A stretch of DNA of 64,000 nt from a virus (IMGVR_UViG_3300047567_000025:148264-212263); one strand, 5' to 3'. Shown: positions 21,315 through 32,661, counted from the stretch's first letter. Notes: generated from the sequence alone by a model not told the origin. Program-made: numbers and translations.

Positions 21315-22021
21315 TCCTCGGTATCAGGATATGGATCTTGCTTTAGTATAAAATAGCTATACCAATCCATGCAATTCTCAAAGACAGATTCTTGAACAGA
21401 TTCAACCTTATCCCATTTAACTTTGATTGTTTTTGCATATTCCGGTTGCTCTTTAATAATATCAAAAAGTTTTACCGGCACACGTTCTTTATTAAATACA
21501 TCAATCTGATTTCTGTAAGGAATCCAGTATGTTCGATACCCATGAAGATGTCCGTGCATATTTATTTTATTATCATTTTCTAATGGCATGTGCGAGAATA
21601 ATATATCATTCCATACAAAAGATCGAGTAATATATCTGAAGCCACAAGATCTGTAAAATTGATAATTGAATAGATCATTATTTCCTCGAACAAGAATTTT
21701 TGTACAAGGTATAGATAGTATAACATCACGTAATGCTTTCTCATTAATGAATTCTCCGTCAACGAGATCGCCTAAAATAATCAGCAGATCATTTTGATCT
21801 ATTTTTTGATATGTTTCAATAATATTATTGAAGTTTAATCGCTTATGACATTCAGATTTATTCTTTTCAACACGTGTCCACAAATGCCAATCTGTCGTAA
21901 TCCATATGTTTCTGCGCTTTCTCAGTTTGCTGGATATTAATGATGATATCTCTTGCGAATGTGACAACTCTGCATCTTTACATTTTTCAAGTTCAAGCTC
22001 TTCTTTTTGCCGATTCGTCAT
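21311..22021 (-). CDS. Calcineurin-like metallophosphoesterase
   Basis: TDWH, LGD, GNND, FSH and HGHLH motifs. Confidence 0.85.
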   Translation of the reverse strand: MTNRQKEELELEKCKDAELSHSQEISSLISSKLRKRRNIWITTDWHLWTRVEKNKSECHKRLNFNNIIETYQKIDQNDLLIILGDLVDGEFINEKALRDVILSIPCTKILVRGNNDLFNYQFYRSCGFRYITRSFVWNDILFSHMPLENDNKINMHGHLHGYRTYWIPYRNQIDVFNKERVPVKLFDIIKEQPEYAKTIKVKWDKVESVQESVFENCMDWYSYFILKQDPYPDTEE

Positions 22022-22153
22022 TTTAGCAGCTCCTTCGTATTATTAATTGATTTATAGAATCAATCATATCATTGGAAATAAATCCAGTAGCATTAAATGT
22101 ATCAGTTTCTCATTCTGACATTATAAATTTATCATTATGATTAACTCTGTCTA

Positions 22154-23977
22154 TCATTCGATGAGGGTGTCATATGCTTCTTTAATTGTTAATATTGGTA
22201 TATTTTTATACTTCGCTTTATTAACCTTTGCTGACACAAAGTTTTTATCAGGTATTATTAAATACTTCGTATCATTTGTAAATTCATTTACAATATACCC
22301 AGACTTTGTTAAAGCAGCTGATAATGATTGATCTCTAGTCCCTGACATTGCAACAGCACCTTTACTGCCTTGAATATTATTATTATTAAAGGAAATGTAC
22401 GGGAGACACAAGCTTATCAATGGAATGTTTCTAGTGATGCCATCAATCATCTTCATTTTAGTTACATCTCCAATACCTGGTAACTTTTGATTTTCCAGAA
22501 TCCATATTATTACAGCCGGATCCATACGTTTAAAAGTATTTATATTATTGCAATTATCTATTACAGTTTTCCATGTCTTTACTGAGACATCATCCATCGG
22601 GAATGAACCCAGAAATCTTTGGATAGGAACATTTTGTGATGCATGCTTTATTGAATTAATGATATTTTGTGCTGATTTTTCTCCGAATCCTTCTATATCT
22701 TTTATTTTATCAACTGTCAATTCATATATATCCGGTATTCGCTTGATAATACCTTCGTCAAAAAGCTTTGTAAGAATTCCTTCTGATATTCCCATCATCA
22801 ACATTATTTGGCAATGTCTTATAATTGAGCCGAGTTGAAGTCCGGGACAATTAACATTTTTACATTTAACAACAGATGCCGTTGACAAATCAAAAGGTGA
22901 GCCACATATGGGACACTTTTCCGGAGGCTGTATTGGAAGAGTTCCATCATGTCTCGTACCTTTCAGGTATGGCACGATGTTATACATAATTTCAACAGTA
23001 TCTCCATATTTTAATCCAAGACTCATAAGTCTATCAATATTAGATACTGTTATATGGTCAACTGTTATATTACCAAATTTAACAGGTTCAACAATTGCTA
23101 CTGGTGTAATTCTACCAGTCTTACCAAACTGAAATTCAATTCTTAGTAATTTTGATTCCATCGTCAAATTCAGAATCTTGATTGCAACTTCATCATCAGA
23201 AACATAATAGCCATATTCATCATGCTTAACTATCGATACGACAACTCCATCACATTCGAATTGTTCTCCATTATCGGTGATGATTGCATTGTTATTTAAC
23301 AATTCATCAATAAATAACTGAATAGCGCCATAATCATTAATTCCAAGAATCCTTGATTTTACTTCAAGATTCTGCGGTATATATTGCTTTCCATTACGGT
23401 ATTCCCTAAGAGGTGCTAAATGTATATAATTTCCAATAATACGTGAAGTAATTGCTGCTGATACAGCATCTCTTGGACGTAAATATTTACTTGATAAATT
23501 TAAAGAATCATATACCTGATGTGACATTATAGCCTCGAATTTAATAGAAGATATTTCTGAATCATTTACATCAATTTCTCTAGCGAATACATGAGTAACG
23601 TTAACACTTTCGCCGTTATCGTAATCTCCCCGTGTAAAAAATTGATGTAGCATTGCATCGTATGCGACAGAGCAGCCATCATACTTTGGCTGTATACAAA
23701 TTAAATCATTTAGATTCATGTGCCTTTTCTCAAGCCATTCTTTATACGTAGGACGATTCTCAATCATAGGTATAATTACTCCAAATGTTTTGTCAAGTGA
23801 TCCTACAATATCATTTATTGCATCTGATTGTTTTTGACGTAAGAATGGTCTTGCCGCTTGACCGTGTTCATCAAGATATTCTTCAAGAATTCTATCATAT
23901 TCCTCATCCGAAATTAATGGGTGTCCTTCAGTATAACATTTGATATATTCATCAAGTTTATCTTTTGATATTGCCAT
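22154..23977 (-). CDS. ligA: NAD-dependent DNA ligase
   Basis: ISDEEYD; KYDG adenylation motif; GKTGRITP; CPIC zinc finger; HhH; BRCT-like C-terminus. Confidence 0.92.
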   Translation of the reverse strand: MAISKDKLDEYIKCYTEGHPLISDEEYDRILEEYLDEHGQAARPFLRQKQSDAINDIVGSLDKTFGVIIPMIENRPTYKEWLEKRHMNLNDLICIQPKYDGCSVAYDAMLHQFFTRGDYDNGESVNVTHVFAREIDVNDSEISSIKFEAIMSHQVYDSLNLSSKYLRPRDAVSAAITSRIIGNYIHLAPLREYRNGKQYIPQNLEVKSRILGINDYGAIQLFIDELLNNNAIITDNGEQFECDGVVVSIVKHDEYGYYVSDDEVAIKILNLTMESKLLRIEFQFGKTGRITPVAIVEPVKFGNITVDHITVSNIDRLMSLGLKYGDTVEIMYNIVPYLKGTRHDGTLPIQPPEKCPICGSPFDLSTASVVKCKNVNCPGLQLGSIIRHCQIMLMMGISEGILTKLFDEGIIKRIPDIYELTVDKIKDIEGFGEKSAQNIINSIKHASQNVPIQRFLGSFPMDDVSVKTWKTVIDNCNNINTFKRMDPAVIIWILENQKLPGIGDVTKMKMIDGITRNIPLISLCLPYISFNNNNIQGSKGAVAMSGTRDQSLSAALTKSGYIVNEFTNDTKYLIIPDKNFVSAKVNKAKYKNIPILTIKEAYDTLIE

Positions 23978-24057
23978 TTAAAATTCCTCACTTTCTAAAT
24001 AATAAAATGATATAATATGTGGTGGGCTATAAGCCCACCATTAATCATTTTATTTTA

Positions 24058-24312
24058 TCATGCATATGGATTTATGAATCCCGGATTAGATATATAATTT
24101 GTGTTCGACAGCCATGGTGGCCTATTAGCGTCATCTTCTTCTGTTTTCCAATTCACAGGAAAAGGTTCACCTGTACCGGTTGGTATATCACCTCTGGAGA
24201 TAGCATCAAGTATTTTAGAGAAATCCGATATCATTGCATATGTGTGTGCTGGTGTTAATTCTGTGCCAAACATATTTGCGACTTGATCAGTATAAATTAT
24301 CATGCAAATCAC
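24058..24312 (-). CDS. Hypothetical protein
   Basis: AAGGAG RBS and upstream promoter motif at 24353. Confidence 0.6.
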   Translation of the reverse strand: MICMIIYTDQVANMFGTELTPAHTYAMISDFSKILDAISRGDIPTGTGEPFPVNWKTEEDDANRPPWLSNTNYISNPGFINPYA

Positions 24313-24388
24313 TCCTTGTATATTATTAGATTGAAGAGATACAATCTCTTTATCATATTAATAATATATGTATGACTTATGACAATAT

Positions 24389-27300
24389 TTATTTACGTTC
24401 AACGTATTTATTACTATTCGTTTTAGCTTGAACTGATGGATTTGATGTGGGACCTGTCCATTGTCCTCCTGTTTGCTCAATTCGATCACGATTACGTGAC
24501 ATCTCTAAGATACCATTATCCAGCTTCATTACAGTATTTAAATCATGTGTCATAGCACCTAGTATTGTGTTGTATGATTTACCTACTTCTTGCATTACTC
24601 GTGTTGCATTATTATATAATGATCTATTTTTATAATAGATGCTATTAGTGTCTCCTTCGAAACGAGACAACATATCAACGACTGCATTAGCAACATTCGC
24701 ATATTCAGTCGTCAATGAAATCAGAGCCTCCATTCTATTATAGAAATTTCCGCTTTCATGAATAATAGGCTCATCTTCACCACGGCTTGTTCCAACACGT
24801 AGTTTATTCTCTTTATATCCGAACAATTCTTCAAGTATAGCTGCTTCACTATTATCTGTTAATATAACTTTGGTTTTTGTTAATACAATACCATGCAGTA
24901 TATTAATAGCAGCGTCTGTTGTTTTGAATGGTATTGGGTTTCGGATAGTTTTATACTTTGCTGGTTCTTTAAGGCGCATACCTGTATTCGCAGCAACCAT
25001 TTTAGTTATGCGATATAAAAGATCAACATATCGAATAGCTTCTTCAACATCAAATGATGCAGTCTTTTCTGAATAGAAATATAGTGAAACACCACCGGCA
25101 AGCAAGTCTTTTATGCCATGCTTTTTAATCCAATCAAATTTTCTCTTACGACGTATTTTTGATTTATTAATATAATCTCTTGTCTTGCGTGATAATTGCA
25201 TCAGCATCTTAATTAATGCATTAACACCTTTCATCAGAAGTTTTAATGGATTTGCAGCACGCTGTGATTTACCTAATGCTGAAGAAACATTATCCATTTC
25301 TTCCATATAAATATATGATTCGATAAACAAACCAAAGGCTGCATCACAGTCTTCTACTGTCGATATTTTATATTCACATATAGCCATTAGTAATTCATTT
25401 TGATAAATTGCTGATTCAATAACAGAAACATCATCTTCAATATCTTCCATGTCGGAATCATCTTCATCATCGTCGTCGACCATATTACGCTTATCAATAG
25501 CCGTAGACATTGCTGTTTCTTCATCCATACCCATTTTAAGAAGATCTTCATATTCGCTTTTAACCTTCGGATCTTGTGGAGAATACTTCTCTCCTGTGAT
25601 TGTCGATTTAGCATACATAAGTTGCTCGGCATGAAATCTTTCTTCATCACCAATATTTGCATATAGACGAGTAAGAATATCAATCTTTGAATTTAATGCT
25701 CCATGATAATATCCGGACATAGCCTGCTCTTCATCTGCGATAAGGTCATTTAATATTTTAATTTCATTTTCGTTGTATTCATTGTCAGGTGTTGATCCAT
25801 CAGTATCTGATCCGAATGACTCAAGATTATCTTCATCATCTTCATCTTTGTCATCTTCATCATCTTCTTCGTCATCATCATCTTCTTCGTCATCTTTATC
25901 GGCTATCTTTTTATCAGAGTCATCATCGTCATTAGAATCATCATCAGAATCTTGATCTTTGGATGGTAAATCATCTGTCTTTGAATCATCATCATCATCG
26001 TCAATATCCATCTCCATGATATTAATTGGATCTTCAGGAAGATCATAGAAATCGTTTTTCATAATATTGCCTTCTTTTTCATTATTGTTATAATATTCCA
26101 TTATTGAGTACATCATGCCATAATCATCGATAATACAATCATTATCAATATCAGCATTGCATTTATATTCGTATTCAAGATTTTTCATTATAGTATCAAC
26201 TGATATATCTCTTGCAGTTTCATCGAATACCGCATTTTCATATACAATATCCAGTTCAGAACAGAGATGCTCTAATGTCATTCTTGCAAAAAATTCAGGA
26301 GTGTATGTTTCAGAAAATAAATCCTTATTCTTTTTGCATTCATCAAACTTTTTCATTTCTTGTAAAAATTTAATCCTATGAAGAAATTCAATATTATTGT
26401 CTTTTTCGAATTGAGAAACTTCTTTATCAATTTTTTCGAAGTTTACTATTTCAGAATTGGGCGATTCTTTTAATCGTTCAATTTGCGATATTAATGATGA
26501 TAGACTATTGATATCTGATTTTATCCTATCGATCATCTCAGGATCGGATGTCATAGATATCAATCTATTTTTATCAGCGATCTTTTTTCTGATATTAGCA
26601 ATTTCAGTATTACATCTATTTATAAATTCTTTCTTATTATCAGATACCAGATCTTTTCGTACTTGATGTTTTAACCAATTACCCAAATTTTGTTTTCCTG
26701 GAACAGTTATAAATGATCTAAATAGATTAATTGTTTTCTTGTATCCGTTTTGCCGTGCTGCATACAAATCAGATAGATATTCCTCTGGATTCATTCCATG
26801 TGAAATGTTCTTTAATACTGAGCTATGACAATCAATAAAATTATTAATTAATTCCATATCAGAAGCATCTTTTTCATCACCAAAATAATCATATATTGGT
26901 TTTGCTGGTTGACCAAACGACCGCCCTTGTATTCCAACACTTTTTAATCGTCTAATATGATTTATTTCATGATCGAGTATTGGCGATGCTTTATCTGGAT
27001 GCATTTTCATTGTCTTATTTGTCATATTAATATGCTTATACTCAAACTCCGGTCTGTATACTCGTCCATCAACTGGGTTTGTGATTGGTTTTGTTTGTAC
27101 ATCAAACATATCAGCTTTTTCACCAATATTAATTTTGACACGTTCTGACGATCCATCATTATGTTTCACAAGAATAGTTTGTGTCTCAGGATCATACCCA
27201 TGTTTTTCGAGGGTTCTTTGCATATTACGTTTTTCTTTAGTTTTTCTTGATTGTGAACCTTCGAGAACAATAGATGCATCATCTATTCCTGTAACATTTT

Positions 27301-27649
27301 TAGAATATTCAGTAAGTGTTTTACTTGTAGTATCCGACTGATATAAATAATCAGATGTCACTGATTCCTGAATATGTTGTTTATAGCTGTCGGACAGATA
27401 TCTACGTATCCCTAACCAGTTCTCCCAGTTCATACCAAACTTCTTGGCTTTCAACACGATTCGTTCAGCTAACTCATGTCGATCCGATTCGTCTGCATAT
27501 GAAAACATCTGGACTGCTTTTCTGACATGCTCTTCATCTGTCAAAGGGTATTCTCTTTTATCAGGAATGCCAAAATCAGAATCTTTTAAAGAATCACGTT
27601 GTTTTGTACTAATTTTAGATTCTTGAAATATATTATCATACACAATCAT
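24389..27649 (-). CDS. Large multidomain probable virion protein (HExxH segment, acidic linker, ferritin-like helical segment)
   Basis: 1086 aa; LKDSDFGIPDKREYPL N-terminal domain; DHEINH; DEEQA...EERFH; IFQES and HIQES motifs. Confidence 0.65.
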   Translation of the reverse strand: MIVYDNIFQESKISTKQRDSLKDSDFGIPDKREYPLTDEEHVRKAVQMFSYADESDRHELAERIVLKAKKFGMNWENWLGIRRYLSDSYKQHIQESVTSDYLYQSDTTSKTLTEYSKNVTGIDDASIVLEGSQSRKTKEKRNMQRTLEKHGYDPETQTILVKHNDGSSERVKINIGEKADMFDVQTKPITNPVDGRVYRPEFEYKHINMTNKTMKMHPDKASPILDHEINHIRRLKSVGIQGRSFGQPAKPIYDYFGDEKDASDMELINNFIDCHSSVLKNISHGMNPEEYLSDLYAARQNGYKKTINLFRSFITVPGKQNLGNWLKHQVRKDLVSDNKKEFINRCNTEIANIRKKIADKNRLISMTSDPEMIDRIKSDINSLSSLISQIERLKESPNSEIVNFEKIDKEVSQFEKDNNIEFLHRIKFLQEMKKFDECKKNKDLFSETYTPEFFARMTLEHLCSELDIVYENAVFDETARDISVDTIMKNLEYEYKCNADIDNDCIIDDYGMMYSIMEYYNNNEKEGNIMKNDFYDLPEDPINIMEMDIDDDDDDSKTDDLPSKDQDSDDDSNDDDDSDKKIADKDDEEDDDDEEDDEDDKDEDDEDNLESFGSDTDGSTPDNEYNENEIKILNDLIADEEQAMSGYYHGALNSKIDILTRLYANIGDEERFHAEQLMYAKSTITGEKYSPQDPKVKSEYEDLLKMGMDEETAMSTAIDKRNMVDDDDEDDSDMEDIEDDVSVIESAIYQNELLMAICEYKISTVEDCDAAFGLFIESYIYMEEMDNVSSALGKSQRAANPLKLLMKGVNALIKMLMQLSRKTRDYINKSKIRRKRKFDWIKKHGIKDLLAGGVSLYFYSEKTASFDVEEAIRYVDLLYRITKMVAANTGMRLKEPAKYKTIRNPIPFKTTDAAINILHGIVLTKTKVILTDNSEAAILEELFGYKENKLRVGTSRGEDEPIIHESGNFYNRMEALISLTTEYANVANAVVDMLSRFEGDTNSIYYKNRSLYNNATRVMQEVGKSYNTILGAMTHDLNTVMKLDNGILEMSRNRDRIEQTGGQWTGPTSNPSVQAKTNSNKYVERK

Positions 27650-27686
27650 TTGTACATAATGCTCCTTTCGTTATTAATTGTCAATG

Positions 27687-29099
27687 CTAATAGAACAATG
27701 ATGTGTCTTTGGTTATTACAAATTGTATGATTTTGACAGATGCGGTAAAAGGACCTCCCATGATAAATGTCAAAGGATTTCCATGAGCATATGTTTGGTG
27801 GTTATATGCTTGATCATCAGTCCATCCATATGTTTCTTCTTTGATATTATCAAGAGTAATCATTGCCATCTGCATTGTTTTGTTTGTTTTTATTTTTAAT
27901 TCCTTACGGATATTAACATCTTCATCATATATTGCGGCGAAGTTATGATGTGCTGTATAAAGATATGTATTGATCGTATCAATGTTCTTTACAATTGCTG
28001 GTATATTATGAACCATACCTACAAATTGATTAGCAAGTAATGATAGCAATGATTTAACTGGTCTTCCTCCATACATCGCATTTTTTAATTTATCATATTC
28101 AAAACTACTAACACCTGAAGTGTCATTAAAAGCTTTGCCTAATGTATCGCAAAATTTTTGAATGAGATCAAGATCTTTTTCCAATTTATCCGAATCAGTT
28201 TCTTTTAAATATTTAATCTTCTCTTCTGCTTTATTATTTATATCATTATTAGCTAATTGCATCGACACATTTGCATTTACTTTACGAAGAGGCGTTATTG
28301 TGCTCAACTCTTGAAAAGCTCTCACAAATCTTTCCTCGGCAAATATTTGACCAATTGTCATATATAATCGTATCTTTTTAATAATGCCCATAGAGGGTTT
28401 ACTTTCATTCATTATTCTGCGGATTGAGGATACACATTGGTCGAATTCTGAAGTAGGTGCTACTTTAGCAATAAACTCTGCAATATTTATTATTTCATTT
28501 TCTGATAATTCTCGATATAAAGTATTTTTATTAAATCCTTTTGGTAGATATTTGGAAATATCTGTGTCTTTTAATATTGTTTTTGCTTTCTGTTTTGCAA
28601 TAGTTTCTTCTTCCTTATGAGCTTTCTTTTGCTCTTTTATATTTTCTTCGCGAGCTTTCTTAGCGGTTGCCATTAATTTCTCTTGCGGGGTTTTATTTAT
28701 CAACCCTTCTTGATAGATATCTCCATTGTCAGAATAAGATTCCTTAACAAATTTAGATTTACCTATCATTTCAACTTGTTCCGATATACGTAAAATATTT
28801 GCAGTATAAATCAGTCGTTTATCTGAAAATATTTTGAGCATCATATTCTTGACGTTTTGGAATATTTTCTTAAAGAAATTGAAAAGATTAGAAAAAATAC
28901 CTTTAATAGAATCTGTCAATCCCTCTTGAAAGATGCTATATGATTCCTTAACGATATCATTCTTGTCATCATCAATAGATTCTATTATTGATAAAGCCTT
29001 CTGATAACTCTGACCTATTGAAATTAATACGTTTATTTCAGATTCCATAATAGTCGTATCGATTGCATCTACATAATCAAGGACTTCTTGCTTGTACAT
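27687..29099 (-). CDS. Probable virion protein
   Basis: 470 aa; IFQEG and IYQEG motifs. Confidence 0.6.
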   Translation of the reverse strand: MYKQEVLDYVDAIDTTIMESEINVLISIGQSYQKALSIIESIDDDKNDIVKESYSIFQEGLTDSIKGIFSNLFNFFKKIFQNVKNMMLKIFSDKRLIYTANILRISEQVEMIGKSKFVKESYSDNGDIYQEGLINKTPQEKLMATAKKAREENIKEQKKAHKEEETIAKQKAKTILKDTDISKYLPKGFNKNTLYRELSENEIINIAEFIAKVAPTSEFDQCVSSIRRIMNESKPSMGIIKKIRLYMTIGQIFAEERFVRAFQELSTITPLRKVNANVSMQLANNDINNKAEEKIKYLKETDSDKLEKDLDLIQKFCDTLGKAFNDTSGVSSFEYDKLKNAMYGGRPVKSLLSLLANQFVGMVHNIPAIVKNIDTINTYLYTAHHNFAAIYDEDVNIRKELKIKTNKTMQMAMITLDNIKEETYGWTDDQAYNHQTYAHGNPLTFIMGGPFTASVKIIQFVITKDTSLFY

Positions 29100-29280
29100 A
29101 TTATATTCATCTCACTTAAAAGCATTATTACCAATACCATATTGATCAATTGCTATATTTATCAATAATGGCTAAAATTATATATTACAAATTGCATTCA
29201 TAGGAAATAAGAATATATCAAAGTAGAAAGGATGGGCTTAAGCCCATCCTTTTGTTTGTTCTACTTTAGACATGGCTATA

Positions 29281-29556
29281 TTAAGCGAATCTTCCTGGCT
29301 TAGGTGCTGTTGCAGCTCCAGATGTTTTATATCCGAGAGCAAGATCAGAATCTTCGATATTAATATCAAACATTCCGCTCTGAAGTTTGTTATTACCGCC
29401 ACTTACAATGCTTTCTGGGTTAAATGAATTAAACTTTCCATTGAAAAAATCAGAAAAACCCGAGCTTGCAGCATCGTAGCTTTCCTGTGTGACAGATGAA
29501 TCTCCAAAATCGAAGTTGAGATCCATATCATCAAATTCATTAAATGTACTACGCAT
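29281..29556 (-). CDS. Hypothetical protein
   Basis: AAGGAG RBS; followed by a terminator at ~29226-29253. Confidence 0.65.
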   Translation of the reverse strand: MRSTFNEFDDMDLNFDFGDSSVTQESYDAASSGFSDFFNGKFNSFNPESIVSGGNNKLQSGMFDINIEDSDLALGYKTSGAATAPKPGRFA

Positions 29557-29580
29557 AATAAAATCTCCTTTTTAATAATT

Positions 29581-30945
29581 TTAAGTTTTACCATACATCT
29601 CATTTAGCATATTATTGATATACAGCTGGTTGACAGCTATTATCAAACGATATGTATGTGTATAGTTAATGTTTGTGAATACTAAAGTTCGGCGAGGCCA
29701 ATCAACATAGTATCCATCGTTAATTAGGCATCGATTATCTCGAAGTTTGACCGTCATAAACAATTCGATTTTTAAATTCTTTCGCAAATGATAATCAATC
29801 ATTTCGTTTATAGTTTGGCCAAAACTACTGCCTATATATATTTCCGTTTCTCCCCAATCCATTTTGCAAATAGGTCGTGCATGAATTTTCCATCCATATA
29901 GCAAAGGGAAATCTGCTTCATTAAAATAATCAGAGAAAATTGGAATTGTAATAGAACTTTCTTTAGGCGTTATTTCTCTGAAAGGTCCGGGATTAGGTAC
30001 AGACAGATCGAATAATCCAATAGTGTTGAATTCACATCGTAATGTAAATGATATTGGACAATCTGATTCAACCTGATTATTCGACTTTGTGACGTTCGAA
30101 TAATTAAGCTCGTTTATGTTACACATCAACGATGCCATATAATTTAAATAAAATGCATCCGTATGTCGACCCGAAGAGAATCGATATGATATCGGATATG
30201 AACTGTTCATATTTAGATAATCTACAAAACGGGACACATCATCATTAGGTCCTTTTACAGGAATACCAGCATACTTCGTAGTCTCTTGCAAAAATCCATC
30301 CGGTATTGCTAATTCCAGTACAGTGTCAATATCGAAGAAGCCTCCATCTGTGGGTATTTTATTAATTAAATAAGATGCCCATCTAATTTGTTCGGTCATG
30401 CTTCTGAATGATAATACGAAATCAAAGTACATGACAACTCTATTTAGTTTACCACGCCATTCAATTCCCTTCTGTTTGTCGAAGAACAACTTCTCCATTT
30501 CAGAGCGATTCTGGAATCTATTAGACGTAGTAGACCAAAGTGTTGTTCCGAAAGATCCGGCAGCCATTCTATTATCAATTCCTGACAAAGATATTCTAGG
30601 ATTGACAATACACATTGGATACGGTTGTGTACGTATTTGTTTAGGAGTGTGACGAAGTTGCCTATGTGCAATCGTTGTTGATGGTAACGCTGTAGCAAAT
30701 GTGTTAGTTGGAAATTGATCTAGTATAAATTGCAGTATTATTGCGGTAACGTTGCCAACTGTATGTGCCATATCTGTTCCGCTTTGACAAGCGAGTGATA
30801 ATGAATATCCATGTGCATTATTTCTTGGCGATAATCCATTATATTGATAAGTCAGTCCACTATCACGAATCGCTGTATCTGTTTTACCTTCATTGAAATT
30901 ATTAGAATTTGCATTATTAGTTCTGTCGTCAGTATAGCTACTCAT
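29581..30945 (-). CDS. Probable virion structural protein
   Basis: 454-aa ORF within the minus-strand structural block. Confidence 0.55.
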   Translation of the reverse strand: MSSYTDDRTNNANSNNFNEGKTDTAIRDSGLTYQYNGLSPRNNAHGYSLSLACQSGTDMAHTVGNVTAIILQFILDQFPTNTFATALPSTTIAHRQLRHTPKQIRTQPYPMCIVNPRISLSGIDNRMAAGSFGTTLWSTTSNRFQNRSEMEKLFFDKQKGIEWRGKLNRVVMYFDFVLSFRSMTEQIRWASYLINKIPTDGGFFDIDTVLELAIPDGFLQETTKYAGIPVKGPNDDVSRFVDYLNMNSSYPISYRFSSGRHTDAFYLNYMASLMCNINELNYSNVTKSNNQVESDCPISFTLRCEFNTIGLFDLSVPNPGPFREITPKESSITIPIFSDYFNEADFPLLYGWKIHARPICKMDWGETEIYIGSSFGQTINEMIDYHLRKNLKIELFMTVKLRDNRCLINDGYYVDWPRRTLVFTNINYTHTYRLIIAVNQLYINNMLNEMYGKT

Positions 30946-31366
30946 CGTTTTGAACCCTCGACATCAATACTGATACTATTGAAGTAAATTTTGTGATATC
31001 ATAATACCTTATAAATTCAAAATTGAATCTATTTATTGTTGGGCATCTGTTTAATATCATCAATGGTCGCCACATATTAGTTGAACCATATCGTTCGTAA
31101 GCACACATTTTAGGATTTCGTATATATTTCTTATCAAACTTTTCAATTGAATATATGTCTTGATATGATTCGATCAATCTATAAAATTTCAATGGTAGAT
31201 AAGATACTACAGATTCCCAACTTGTGCTTGAATTATCAGCGTCATTTGGAATGGTCAACTTTACTGAAGATGAGATGTTGTCCAACGTAAATAAGTCTGA
31301 ATTAAGATAATTTATCAATGAAGGTATTATTGTTTTTTCGTCAGATGTCATTATGCAAGATCGCAT
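30938..31366 (-). CDS. Baseplate wedge-like protein (T4 gp53/LysM-like)
   Basis: P...AYERYGSTNMWRPLMILN matches the P..la...YG...W..i..N pattern. Confidence 0.55.
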   Translation of the reverse strand: MRSCIMTSDEKTIIPSLINYLNSDLFTLDNISSSVKLTIPNDADNSSTSWESVVSYLPLKFYRLIESYQDIYSIEKFDKKYIRNPKMCAYERYGSTNMWRPLMILNRCPTINRFNFEFIRYYDITKFTSIVSVLMSRVQNDE

Positions 31367-31381
31367 CCCTTCTTCTGTAGA

Positions 31382-31669
31382 TTATACGAGTTCTTTGACA
31401 TACATTTTGAATATGTCATCATCATCGCATACAAGTGTTGCTTTCATAGTTTCTGATGCATTTGTTATATATCCATTGCTATTTGAGACTCGCATAGGCA
31501 CATCAAAACGATCACTCATATTGATAGCTTTTGATATGAAATTTGTTGACGCAAATATAGGTGATGTAATTGTTATTACATCACCATCACATATCTTACC
31601 AACTGTATGGACTATACATGTCGATGTATGTGGCACTGATAAAGTATCATCTTGATATGACAATAACAT
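31382..31669 (-). CDS. Hypothetical protein
   Basis: 95-aa ORF, in operon with its neighbours. Confidence 0.6.
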   Translation of the reverse strand: MLLSYQDDTLSVPHTSTCIVHTVGKICDGDVITITSPIFASTNFISKAINMSDRFDVPMRVSNSNGYITNASETMKATLVCDDDDIFKMYVKELV

Positions 31670-31686
31670 TTAAGCCACCTGCTATT

Positions 31687-32661
31687 TTAATTCATAGCTT
31701 CTGTTAATGTTGATACTGAATCACAATAACCTTTTACGATTGAATCAGTTACAGAAGTAACATTTGCGGTCCATGTTTTAATATCATCATTAATTGATTC
31801 TGCTGCTCGAGAAATCTTTTTATCCTTACCAGCATCTGATGCACATAGTTTATCGATTTCAAGCTTTGCTGTTTTCTTTGCTGAAGTGCTTGCTGCAGCA
31901 ATTACAGCCTTTGAAATATTAAGAACATCATAAATACCCATAGCAAGATCACATACATCTGATGCCTTAACAGAATCAGTATAATGTGAATCCTGTGATA
32001 CGATATTGTCAAATGCAATGAGTTTACCGCCATTAGACAGATTGGATTCAACATCGCTTAAAGAAGTAACGGACTGATTACAGCCGCATGCAGATTTAAG
32101 TGATGATGTGTTTTTGACAGAATCTTCAATATTAACACCATATGCTGCAAGTAAACAGCACATACCTTTTGCATAATTTGAAGCAATTTTAGCAGAGAAT
32201 TTACCTTTGAGGAATTGCTTTTTATCGAATGACAGTTTTCCTTTGTCTTTTCCAATAGCAGTACATAATGGCTTCACGAATGAATTCTCAAAGTCACCAG
32301 AATCTGCAGAAATATTATATTTCTTACCAGCTGCAAGAATAAGCTTCATGCTCTTTTCAGTAGCTTCTTTTACCTTCTTTGCAGTTGCAACTACTAAGTC
32401 ATAGAATGCAGCAAGCTCCTGATTAACGGATGCACAAGCAAGGCCGCGAGCCTTTTTAGGATCTGTTGGAAGTCCTACCTCAGCTGCTTCCTGAACAAAG
32501 TCATATGTTTCAGCCGAGCCGACTGGTAATTCTGAGATTTTGTATGCTGCCTGGAAAATTGCATTAGATACTGCAACCTTACCAGCGGCTTCCTGAATAA
32601 ATGCATCATGAACAGATGAATCACCAGTTGCCAAATCTAACATGAGATCTGAAACTTTCAT
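31687..32661 (-). CDS. Probable abundant head/virion protein
   Basis: 324 aa, Ala/Lys-rich; strong RBS; FIQEA and FVQEA motifs. Confidence 0.55.
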   Translation of the reverse strand: MKVSDLMLDLATGDSSVHDAFIQEAAGKVAVSNAIFQAAYKISELPVGSAETYDFVQEAAEVGLPTDPKKARGLACASVNQELAAFYDLVVATAKKVKEATEKSMKLILAAGKKYNISADSGDFENSFVKPLCTAIGKDKGKLSFDKKQFLKGKFSAKIASNYAKGMCCLLAAYGVNIEDSVKNTSSLKSACGCNQSVTSLSDVESNLSNGGKLIAFDNIVSQDSHYTDSVKASDVCDLAMGIYDVLNISKAVIAAASTSAKKTAKLEIDKLCASDAGKDKKISRAAESINDDIKTWTANVTSVTDSIVKGYCDSVSTLTEAMN

